64,000 nucleotides of DNA from Anaerolineae bacterium. GTDB lineage: Bacteria; Chloroflexota; Anaerolineae; Fen-1058. The first letter of the stretch is position 1. Each line of letters starts with the position of its first letter. The stretch covers positions 149,735 to 213,734 of the forward strand of contig JBGLNJ010000001.1 in assembly GCA_041300525.1 (NCBI GenBank), written 5' to 3'. A program made the translations under genes and the position numbers. The notes beneath the pieces are model-generated. The model was not told the DNA's origin and ran no database searches. It saw only the letters and a program-made list of their open reading frames with translations. Positions 1-7,370 of the stretch are shown piece by piece.

Positions 1-564
1 TCCGCGTTTGAAAGTCCTTGTCCAATTCGTACACCCAGAAGCAGGCCAGCACGTCTACCCGGTCGCCGGGTTGCGCCGCAAACGCCACACTCAACAAACG
101 TGGCAACACGTCTTTGTCGCGCCGGTCGTACGGCAAGTTTTCCTTCTCCGGGTAGGTGGAACGCAGCGGGAACGCTACCCCAACCTTGCCCGGTTGGATC
201 GCCAGGGATGCAGCCCCGCCTATGATGGTTCCGGCGGTGCTTTCGGCGATCATGCTCGGCAATATAGGCAACCCCTGCGGGATGTCTATCTTGGCGAACT
301 TGCCTATCGCCGTGCTGACGTCGGTGAGAGCGCCGGTTGGCACTTGAGTTACCGGCCAGTCAAACAGGCTCACGGCCGCAGTGATGATCTGCCCTCCTCG
401 CGCAATGGGTTGGAAGGCGACGACGATCTTGGTTGTGGGGACGGGCTGGGCCGTGGATTCCGGTTGCTTGGCAGGAGTAGAAGTTCGGCTTAGCAGAACA
501 GCCGCCAGGACTGCTCCCACCGCCAATACTAGCCCCAGAAGAATAAAGGTTCTGCCGCGTCGCA
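1..564 (-). CDS. cpaB: Flp/Tad pilus assembly protein CpaB/RcpC family (N-terminal part; gene runs off left edge)
   Basis: Absent from the ORF track because there is no stop in the window. My minus-strand translation from ATG 564-562 gives MRRGRTFILLGLVLAVGAVLAAVLLSR...KIVVAFQPIARGGQIITAAVSLFDWPVTQVPTGALTD. That is a TM helix followed by a SAF-like domain, typical of CpaB. GGAGG lies 6 nt upstream (cctcc at 571-575 on the + strand). Confidence 0.7.
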
Positions 565-620
565 TGTGATGCCTCCTTAGAACACTAGGTGTGGAGCGTA
601 TTCACCGCACATACCTACCG

Positions 621-707
621 GAGTTTAGAGTTCACGCTCGTAGTAACGGCTTTAGCCGTGATTTTGGCGGCTGAAGCCGCTACTACCAACGTGTGAACTC
701 TAAACTC
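621..707. repeat. MITE-like imperfect palindrome (87 bp)
   Basis: Perfect 15-bp terminal inverted repeats: GAGTTTAGAGTTCAC (621-635) and GTGAACTCTAAACTC (693-707). Inner pairing TAGTA/TACTA plus two mini-palindromes, ACGGCTTTAGCCGT and GCGGCTGAAGCCGC. TACCTAC occurs on both flanks (612-618, 711-717). Confidence 0.5.
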
Positions 708-833
708 AAGTACCTACTACTATAGTTATTTCCGACAAAATGTCAAGGCGGACTTGGTATACCGCAAAAGTGTCGGTCGCGCTTGGTCGCTCGGGGTGGA
801 TTGCGCGGCGGCCGCCGCCGTCATCCACGCCCA

Positions 834-863
834 TAAAAAAGGAAACGGAGGCCCTCCGTTTCC
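834..863 (-). terminator. Rho-independent terminator downstream of CDS 948-2525
   Basis: On the minus strand, GGAAACGGA-ggccc-TCCGTTTCC is followed by TTTTTTA (A-run 835-840 on the + strand). Confidence 0.7.
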
Positions 864-947
864 GCTCCAAGTGTCGCTTGGGTTTTTCTGAACTCGCTCG
901 TTCTGGCTGCTCTGATCACGCGACGCTTGCTGGCCGTGGCAGCGCCC

Positions 948-2525
948 CTACTTCTTTTTCAGGACGATGGGCAAGTAGAGGCGATAGGGCGCGGCGAGGG
1001 TCGTGATCGTTCCTTGAGCCGTCTTGGCCGGATCATGGTTCGAGGTTACCGTGACGGTGAACACGTCAAAGTCAATGTCCTCTGTGGCTGTGCTGGGTAC
1101 CGTGACGGTTATGGGCAGGTACGCGGTTTGCACATTCAGCACTGGCCCGATGCTTGAGGGAGCAGTTTTTGCCCATTTCAATGTCCCGTCACTCAGCGCG
1201 ATGCTGTAAGTATCAGACACATTGCCCATGTTGGTGATCGGCACTCTGTAGATAGCCTTTGTGCCTGGCCGCGCTTTCCCATTGACCGACTCTGGCACTT
1301 GCACTCCATAGACCTTTGGATTGAACACAAACGGCCCATACTTGGCGACGTTTTGCTCTTGCGTGTAGGGCGCGGCGCCGTAGCCTTCGGGGTTAGTCCC
1401 AAACCAGGCCCACCGCAATGGGTCGCTATAGGCCGTGTCTGCCTGCGCGTACACGGTATAACTTATCCCACCTGCCATCATGTTGGTCACGGTGATCACG
1501 GTGAACAACTTGATCTCTGAGCCGGGAGCCAGGTATTCGATTTTGTAATCGCCTTCAGTGTCGGGCTTGCGCAACAGCGCATCACCCTGGTAGGTGATCA
1601 ACCCCCATTCGTGGTCAGACGCGCCGGATGGGGGAGGGTCGTTTTCCGGTCGAACATACAGCTCATTATAGAACCAGCGCGAGGCCGTCATCGTCCCAAT
1701 GTTCTTGAGGGTGACAGTGAAATGGTTCGAATTGCCCAGCACAAACTGATCGGGGTTCATCTCGATCTGTGTGATGGTGATATCCGATCCAAAGAGTGGC
1801 TCTTTCAACGTCACGACGCTGGTAAAGTAATTGGTCGTCGTAATCCATCGCGCCCAACCTTCTTCATCGGATCGCTCAGTCGGCGCAGGCTCGATGGATT
1901 GCAGTTCCAATGGGGCATAGAACGGCACATAGCCCCATTGGTCAGTTGGCGCGTCAACCGGAAACTGGCGCGTATAGACCACGGTGGTGGTCAGTGGCGA
2001 ATAGTATAACTGACCCGACGAGCCGCCGACCCGAAGGCTCAACGTGACGAGGTTCCCCAATCGTTCCGCGCGAGTTGACCAAGTTGGACTCATGGTGCGA
2101 TACGTGATGGTGATCCAGTCTTGCGGCCCAGGGGCAACTGTGCCATTCACGAACTCTAGCCGGCCACCAGGAGTGTTGGCATCTACGTCCCAAGCATCGT
2201 CAGGCACTTTTAAGGTGTAGGTAGGGCTCGGAAAGTTCCAGTTGTAATACACGTCTTGCACGTGTACTGTCCAAGTGTCTGACATCATGTCGGCCATGCG
2301 CGGCTCGAGCGTGACGGTCTGTATTCGCTGGAGCGGGCCCAGGGACGATTGGGCGGGCGACGCTGCGCCGGGGAGGATGCCGATATCCACTGGCAGGTCT
2401 TGCGGCGTCGGAATGGGTGCGGCAAGACCTGCCGGGTTCGTGCCAGCGCGCGCTCCGGCCACGATCAACCCTAGCCCAAGCGCGCTGATGAAGGCGATAA
2501 TGATTAGCCGTCTGCTAGGTTCCAT
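948..2525 (-). CDS. Secreted beta-rich protein with CARDB/DUF11-like repeats; C-terminal YRLYLPIVLKKK tail
   Basis: 525-aa ORF. Signal/TM segment RRLIIIAFISALGLGLIVAGARAG. Segments such as FTVTLKNIGTMTAS and YRVPITNMGNVSDTYSIAL resemble CARDB-type Ig-like domains. GAGG lies about 9 nt upstream of the ATG. Confidence 0.6.
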   Translation of the reverse strand: MEPSRRLIIIAFISALGLGLIVAGARAGTNPAGLAAPIPTPQDLPVDIGILPGAASPAQSSLGPLQRIQTVTLEPRMADMMSDTWTVHVQDVYYNWNFPSPTYTLKVPDDAWDVDANTPGGRLEFVNGTVAPGPQDWITITYRTMSPTWSTRAERLGNLVTLSLRVGGSSGQLYYSPLTTTVVYTRQFPVDAPTDQWGYVPFYAPLELQSIEPAPTERSDEEGWARWITTTNYFTSVVTLKEPLFGSDITITQIEMNPDQFVLGNSNHFTVTLKNIGTMTASRWFYNELYVRPENDPPPSGASDHEWGLITYQGDALLRKPDTEGDYKIEYLAPGSEIKLFTVITVTNMMAGGISYTVYAQADTAYSDPLRWAWFGTNPEGYGAAPYTQEQNVAKYGPFVFNPKVYGVQVPESVNGKARPGTKAIYRVPITNMGNVSDTYSIALSDGTLKWAKTAPSSIGPVLNVQTAYLPITVTVPSTATEDIDFDVFTVTVTSNHDPAKTAQGTITTLAAPYRLYLPIVLKKK

Positions 2526-2552
2526 TCACCCGACCTCGTCGTGTCCCACCGA

Positions 2553-4460
2553 TCATGGGCAGTCACTGCCATAGCATGGCGTCGGCGTGGGCGTGCGCGT
2601 TGGCCCTGTTGTCGGCGTGGGCGTGCGCGTCGGCGTGTTCGTCGGCGGCCTGGGCGTGTTCGTCGGCGTGCGCGTGGGCGTTGGCACGGTCGGCGTGATC
2701 GTGGGCGTGCGCGTCGGCGTGGGCGTTGGCACGGTTGGTGTGCGCGTAGGCGTGCGCGTCGCCGTGGGCGTGCGCGTCGCCGTGGGCGTGATGGTCGGCG
2801 TGGGCGTGATGGTCGGCGTGCGCGTGACGGTCGGCGTGCGCGTCGCCGTGGGCGTGACGGTCGGCGTGGGCGTGATGGTCGGCGTGGGCGTCGGCGGAGA
2901 TGTGGGCGTGCGCGTGGGCGTGTTGGTCGGCGTGCTCGTCGCCGGCGGATCGCTTTCGTCCGGGAAGAGGTTCGCTTGCGGGATGACCACCTGGCTCCCC
3001 GACCGGTTGCTCGTCCAGCGCAAGTAAGCACTCGCGTTGCCGGTGTTGTCATAGTATTCCATGGTGATGGGGTAGCGCGTGCAGGCGACCAGCGGGATTG
3101 ATGCGCTGTTTCTTCCGCCCGCCGAGTTTTGCCAGGCGTTGATGACTCGCGCCCCATTGACCCACAGGCGCGCTCCATCATCGGTGACAGTGCGGAAAAC
3201 ATAGTCTTCCGTGTACAGGGGCATCACCCACCCGGTCCAGCGCACCACGAAATAGTTGGCTGGCACATTGGGAGCCGGCGAGCCAGTTCCCCAGTTGAAA
3301 TTCACTCGCGCATCAATGCGGGTATGGAGTGGCGAGTCCGCGGGCCAACTGGGCGGCGCGCTGCCCGTCCAATCATTGTAGACCCCGAGCAGCCCCGTGC
3401 CGATGTCGGGGCACGGCGGCGTGGGCGTGGGCGTGGGGGTGGTGGTCGGCGTGCGCGTCACCGTGGGCGTTCGGGATGGCGTAGGCGTGATGGTGGGCGT
3501 GGGCGTCGGCGTGTTCGTTGGTGTGCGCACATCCCAGGTCGGCGTGGGCGTGGGCGTGTTCGTGGCTGTTGGCGTGGGCGTGGGCGTGGGCGTGTCCACG
3601 GCGATGAGCGGCGGCAGCCCGAACACGCGCGACTTGCGGAATTGTTCCACGACCATGGTGCGCATGGCTCTCAGCCGTAAATAGTTCTGAGCGTTGGCCG
3701 CCACGCCGCGAATCGGCGTGATGAGGGGGTGATTGAACGTCACCACGACCACGACTTGATCGTTCGGACCTCCCGCGTCCGGTTGATCTATCTCTGGCAC
3801 ACCCGGCATCCGTTTGCAGTATTCCTCTACATCAACCCCACCTTTTGATTTTGATAACGCATACGCTCTAGTCCCATCGGCATAATTGCGGGTGCTGCAT
3901 AGTGTGACTTTGAAATAGCCCCGCGCAGCCGGGTCGCCGCCTATGTCGGCGATGATATCGCCTGAATTGGCTTGATTAATGGCGAGGCTGGCGCCTCCCC
4001 CGATGGACTGCTCGCGAGAGGAGGGAAGCCGCGCGACGTCTTGCATCGCGCCGACGACGTCTTCGTACTTGAGATCGTCGTTATTCACGCAGACGACTGG
4101 TGTTTGGCCCCCGAAAAGGAGAGTGCACATATCGGCGGGAGACTGACTTCCGTGAGTCCAGTGTTCCACTCCGTCCTGATCGCGTGAGATGTCAAAGTCG
4201 CACTGAGCGCCTTTCGTTTCGCCATAAGGCGCAAGGATGGTATCAAACGGGGCGCAATAAGCAGGGTTGAATCGCCCGGTGGATGCGAAGCGAGCCGCTG
4301 TCCGAGCGCTGTTTTCGACCATCAGCCAGGCAGCAAAGATGCGGGCGAATTCGATCAGCCCAAAGACCAACAAGAGCAAGATGGGCAAAGCCAGGGCGAA
4401 TTCAACCAAGCCCTGACCGGGTGATTTTCGTGAACGAACGGTTGACTTACAATTTTTCAT
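2553..4460 (-). CDS. TadE-like pseudopilin fused to a globular domain, PT linker, PA14 domain and long C-terminal PT repeat
   Basis: I place the start at ATG 4460 (MKNCKST...) with GGAGG 5 nt upstream; the track start at 4589 overlaps the upstream gene. N-terminus [30 protein letters not shown] is TadE-like, with G/QGLVEF. The PA14-like stretch is GLLGVYNDW...[42 protein letters not shown]. Confidence 0.75.
   Translation of the reverse strand: MKNCKSTVRSRKSPGQGLVEFALALPILLLLVFGLIEFARIFAAWLMVENSARTAARFASTGRFNPAYCAPFDTILAPYGETKGAQCDFDISRDQDGVEHWTHGSQSPADMCTLLFGGQTPVVCVNNDDLKYEDVVGAMQDVARLPSSREQSIGGGASLAINQANSGDIIADIGGDPAARGYFKVTLCSTRNYADGTRAYALSKSKGGVDVEEYCKRMPGVPEIDQPDAGGPNDQVVVVVTFNHPLITPIRGVAANAQNYLRLRAMRTMVVEQFRKSRVFGLPPLIAVDTPTPTPTPTATNTPTPTPTWDVRTPTNTPTPTPTITPTPSRTPTVTRTPTTTPTPTPTPPCPDIGTGLLGVYNDWTGSAPPSWPADSPLHTRIDARVNFNWGTGSPAPNVPANYFVVRWTGWVMPLYTEDYVFRTVTDDGARLWVNGARVINAWQNSAGGRNSASIPLVACTRYPITMEYYDNTGNASAYLRWTSNRSGSQVVIPQANLFPDESDPPATSTPTNTPTRTPTSPPTPTPTITPTPTVTPTATRTPTVTRTPTITPTPTITPTATRTPTATRTPTRTPTVPTPTPTRTPTITPTVPTPTRTPTNTPRPPTNTPTRTPTPTTGPTRTPTPTPCYGSDCP
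2556..2950. repeat. Coding low-complexity repeat (Pro-Thr-rich, about 130 aa)
   Basis: Degenerate tandem GGCGTGGGCGTGCGCGT-type units on the + strand encode TPTxTPT...RTPT repeats on the minus strand. Confidence 0.85.
3411..3600. repeat. Coding low-complexity repeat (Pro-Thr linker, about 63 aa)
   Basis: Encodes [20 protein letters not shown]...[12 protein letters not shown] between the N-terminal domain and PA14. Confidence 0.85.
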
Positions 4461-4507
4461 TTTGACCTCCCCTGTAAAGGGGGATGCTATACTCAAAGGG
4501 TCGCAGC

Positions 4508-6211
4508 TTATTGCTGAAGCCGGGTGAACATTCGGCTGGCGATTTCTTCGAAAACTCTTTTCAGCCCCGAGCCGGTGGCGGCATACCAATAGTTGCCACA
4601 GTTGACGGATGTGGCGGGTGGGCCGAAGGTACTGGTAGCTAGTTTGCTCACCGACGGATCCCAGGCCCAGTTGCTATGGCACAACCATTGCTTTTCGGCA
4701 TACTTGGCGTCTGGGTCGTAGCCCATGTCGGCGATGTAGCGCAACAGGCGCTCGCCTGCGTCAGGGTCGCGCTGCGATCCGACAGGAGTTCGGGGGCTGT
4801 AAGAGCTGTAATAACGCGTATCAGCCTCGGTCACGAGCGGCCCCAGGCCGATGACAAAGGCGACGATGCCATTGCTGGCCATGTAATCAGCCTGATCTTG
4901 CGCGTAATCATAGGGATCATAATGGTAAGCATAACTGACTGGATCCGCCAAACTCCACTTTATGTTCGCGCCCGGCGCGCACTTGGATACCAGCGTATCT
5001 GTCAACATGCAGGTGCGGGCGATAGGCCAGGCGGTGCGAACATTCAGGCAGGTCGGCTCGGCGTAGGGAGCCAAACCGGCATGTTCAGCATAACCCGTCA
5101 CCGTGATGCCCTGCGTGCCCATCGCGGAAGGCGAGGGCCACGAAGTAGGTGGGCAGGCGCCGCCGTAAAAATTCCCAATCGGATCAGTGGCGTTCGGCGC
5201 GCCATCGGTCAGGAACACGGTCATCCAGACCGAGGCTCGCCGTCGCCCCTGGATGGTCAGTATTCGGGTGGCGGTGCGTATCCCGCCGCCGATATTGGTA
5301 TTGAGGCCCCCGCTGGTAAACGGCACCATGTCCGGTATGGCAACAGTGGTCGTTTGTATGCTAAAGTGGTTGAGCAGCACATCGGTCGCGGTGGCTTGGT
5401 TGTCAATCATCATGGTGGGGACCATGTTGGCGGGATTGGCGAGAACAAAGCCGCCCACGGCGGTATCGTAAATGTAGGGGACGCGGTCAAACTGGACGAT
5501 CGCCACGTGGTCATAGGGAAACTTTAATCTCTGCACCAATAGCATGGCGTTGGCGCGCACCTCTTCAAAAGGATGACAGTTATTGGGCGCACAAGTTGAA
5601 GCGGGCACTCCGCTCTCTTGCGCCATCGAACCGGAGCGGTCCAACACCAGCACCACGTCAATCGAAGCGGCTTCGCCCACGGAGGTGACCTTGAGCGTAA
5701 CGTATCGCCATCCGACGACGGACAGAAAGGGGAGGCCGACATCGCTTTGAGCATCCACTCGCACCAGCTTGCGCGGCGGATTCATACACAACTGAGCGCT
5801 CAGGTCTCCGTCGTCATACTCGGAATTGTCGGGCGGGGCGGGGCTGCTATTGTCGCGGCTGTTAAGGATCGTGCCTGCGCCAGGGTTAGTGCAAGCAAAG
5901 GCTCGTATTCTTGTCGTCGGCTGGGAAAAGCCCTGCACGGCCATGATCTGCTGCACGGCAGAAAACAAATCGCCGCCCGAGGCATTGTAAAGGGGTCTGG
6001 CCTCGCGGAATTGGTTGGCGGCTTGAACGCCGGCGGCATCTAGCGCGCGGCGCAACTGGCTGTAGCGCGTCAGGACCGAGGCGACGTCCACCACCAGCCC
6101 CGTAAACGCGATCAGGGCGATGAACACAAAGGCGACCAGCACAATCGCCTGGCCTTTGGATTTGTGAGCCTGTTCGCTGAAGGACAGGCCGATTTGTCGG
6201 AATAGTTTCAT
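4508..6211 (-). CDS. TadG-like pilus-associated protein with von Willebrand factor A domain
   Basis: 567 aa. N-terminal [28 protein letters not shown] is a TadG/Tad_N-like hydrophobic segment. The MIDAS-type motif [12 protein letters not shown] is present. AAGAGGG lies 5 nt upstream of the ATG. Confidence 0.75.
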   Translation of the reverse strand: MKLFRQIGLSFSEQAHKSKGQAIVLVAFVFIALIAFTGLVVDVASVLTRYSQLRRALDAAGVQAANQFREARPLYNASGGDLFSAVQQIMAVQGFSQPTTRIRAFACTNPGAGTILNSRDNSSPAPPDNSEYDDGDLSAQLCMNPPRKLVRVDAQSDVGLPFLSVVGWRYVTLKVTSVGEAASIDVVLVLDRSGSMAQESGVPASTCAPNNCHPFEEVRANAMLLVQRLKFPYDHVAIVQFDRVPYIYDTAVGGFVLANPANMVPTMMIDNQATATDVLLNHFSIQTTTVAIPDMVPFTSGGLNTNIGGGIRTATRILTIQGRRRASVWMTVFLTDGAPNATDPIGNFYGGACPPTSWPSPSAMGTQGITVTGYAEHAGLAPYAEPTCLNVRTAWPIARTCMLTDTLVSKCAPGANIKWSLADPVSYAYHYDPYDYAQDQADYMASNGIVAFVIGLGPLVTEADTRYYSSYSPRTPVGSQRDPDAGERLLRYIADMGYDPDAKYAEKQWLCHSNWAWDPSVSKLATSTFGPPATSVNCGNYWYAATGSGLKRVFEEIASRMFTRLQQ

Positions 6212-6251
6212 AAGACCCTCTTACTTCCCATCAATCTCGGCCATTAGCTTA

Positions 6252-7040
6252 CTATTCGCGTGCAGGGTCAAGCGCCACCAGCGGGAAAATGGAATAGACA
6301 TGGATGGGAATGGGATCGGCCAGAATCGCGCTGCCTCCCGCCAGGCGGCTGACAAACGAGAACAACCCGGTGACTTGCTTATGGGAGGCATACACCTCGA
6401 CGATCACCACTCCCGTGGACGGCGCTGTGCCAAAACGGCTCAACTCGGTCCTGAACGAGTCTTCAAAATCACTGTCGCTGGCCGGCGGAGATGTTTTGAG
6501 AAAGCCCGAAGTCCGATTCCCGTACAATGACCAGGTCACCGTTCCAGCGGCCAATGGCACCCCGCCCGTGATGGGCACGGTTGTCACTACGACGTCAATG
6601 CCACTGGTCGTGCTCAGGACGGCGTTCATGTCCGATCCCAGGTTCCGCACGACCGAGCAGCCTGTCACGTAGAAAAAGTTTACCGTCTCGGACTCTTGGC
6701 AAACCTGATAAACTCGATCCGCCCCCCAGCCTTTGACGGTGGCGGATGCCGCCGTGTATGCCTGCGAATAATTGCTCAGACACGTTGTGTCAAATAGAAT
6801 CTCCTGCGGGGTCGCCTTGGGGCCGAAGGGTTGGCAGCGTGTTTCCGTAGGGTTTTGCGAACTCACATAGCGCGCCGCTGAACGCGTCGTGTCTGTAACG
6901 GTAATATAGTCATTGATAAAAGTCCCAATCTCAACGAACCCGATCAGCATGAGAAGCATGATGGGGATGAACAAGGTGATTTCGACCAAGCTCTGGCCGC
7001 GGTCACCATACGGTTTTCTTGGGAACACTGGGCGCTTCAT
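6252..7040 (-). CDS. TadE-like pseudopilin (enlarged, 262 aa)
   Basis: N-terminus DRGQSLVEITLFIPIMLLMLIGFVEIGTF (G/QSLVE with Glu at +5), followed by TTRSAARYVS as in the TadE family. GGGAGG lies upstream. Confidence 0.75.
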   Translation of the reverse strand: MKRPVFPRKPYGDRGQSLVEITLFIPIMLLMLIGFVEIGTFINDYITVTDTTRSAARYVSSQNPTETRCQPFGPKATPQEILFDTTCLSNYSQAYTAASATVKGWGADRVYQVCQESETVNFFYVTGCSVVRNLGSDMNAVLSTTSGIDVVVTTVPITGGVPLAAGTVTWSLYGNRTSGFLKTSPPASDSDFEDSFRTELSRFGTAPSTGVVIVEVYASHKQVTGLFSFVSRLAGGSAILADPIPIHVYSIFPLVALDPARE

Positions 7041-7117
7041 ACGCCTCCCTTTGCTGTCCCACGTTGCCTTTCGCGCAAGGGTGGTTACAGAATGGCCTGA
7101 TACTCTTTCTAACCAAG

Positions 7118-7146
7118 ATTATACCCCAAAGGCTACCCGGCGACAA
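7118..7146 (-). promoter_or_regulatory. Candidate sigma70-type promoter for the tadE-like operon
   Basis: On the minus strand, TTGTCG (7146-7141), a 17-nt spacer, then TATAAT (7123-7118). It lies about 75 nt upstream of ATG 7040. Confidence 0.45.
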
Positions 7147-7165
7147 GAACCCAAAAGTACTAGCA

Positions 7166-7250
7166 GCCTGTCGGAGAGGTAGCCTAGCCCCTTGTGGGCG
7201 TTGGCCTTGCAACGGGCACAAGGCCCTAGACTACGGGTTCTCCGACAGGC
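7166..7250. repeat. 85-bp imperfect palindrome between divergent promoters
   Basis: Perfect 12-bp outer arms GCCTGTCGGAGA (7166-7177) and TCTCCGACAGGC (7239-7250). Inner pairings are CTAGCCCCTTGTG/CACAAGGCCCTAG and GGCCTTG/CAAGGCC. Confidence 0.6.
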
Positions 7251-7285
7251 AGCCAGGCTTGTTGGGGCAAGCGGCGGCCCGGATT

Positions 7286-7314
7286 TTGCGTATCTGTTGC
7301 GCGCATGGTACAAT
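7286..7314 (+). promoter_or_regulatory. Candidate promoter with extended -10 for the YYY membrane protein gene
   Basis: TTGCGT (7286-7291), a 17-nt spacer, then TGgTACAAT (7306-7314). It lies about 55 nt upstream of ATG 7371. Confidence 0.5.
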
Positions 7315-7370
7315 CAGAAGGCTTTTTCAGCGACACGGGTCCTTTCTGAATTTCCGGAGAGACCCAGGGC

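Noticed and set aside
8-493. 161-aa plus-strand ORF at the left edge
   Set aside because: It is antisense to the CpaB-like frame, which has a TM helix, a SAF-like domain and a proper RBS. The plus ORF is Arg/Gly-rich with no recognisable features.
2504-3202. Arg-rich ORFs (232 aa on minus, 186 aa and 146 aa on plus) overlapping the PT-repeat region
   Set aside because: They are alternative-frame and antisense readings of the GC-rich Pro-Thr-coding repeat (RRPRRP..., GVGVRV...). They have no domain signal, and the TadE-PA14 frame explains the DNA.
2556-3600. Possible CRISPR-like or other non-coding array, because of the regular GC-rich repeats
   Set aside because: The units are short (6-18 nt), degenerate, lack unique spacers, and sit in an open frame encoding PT linkers.
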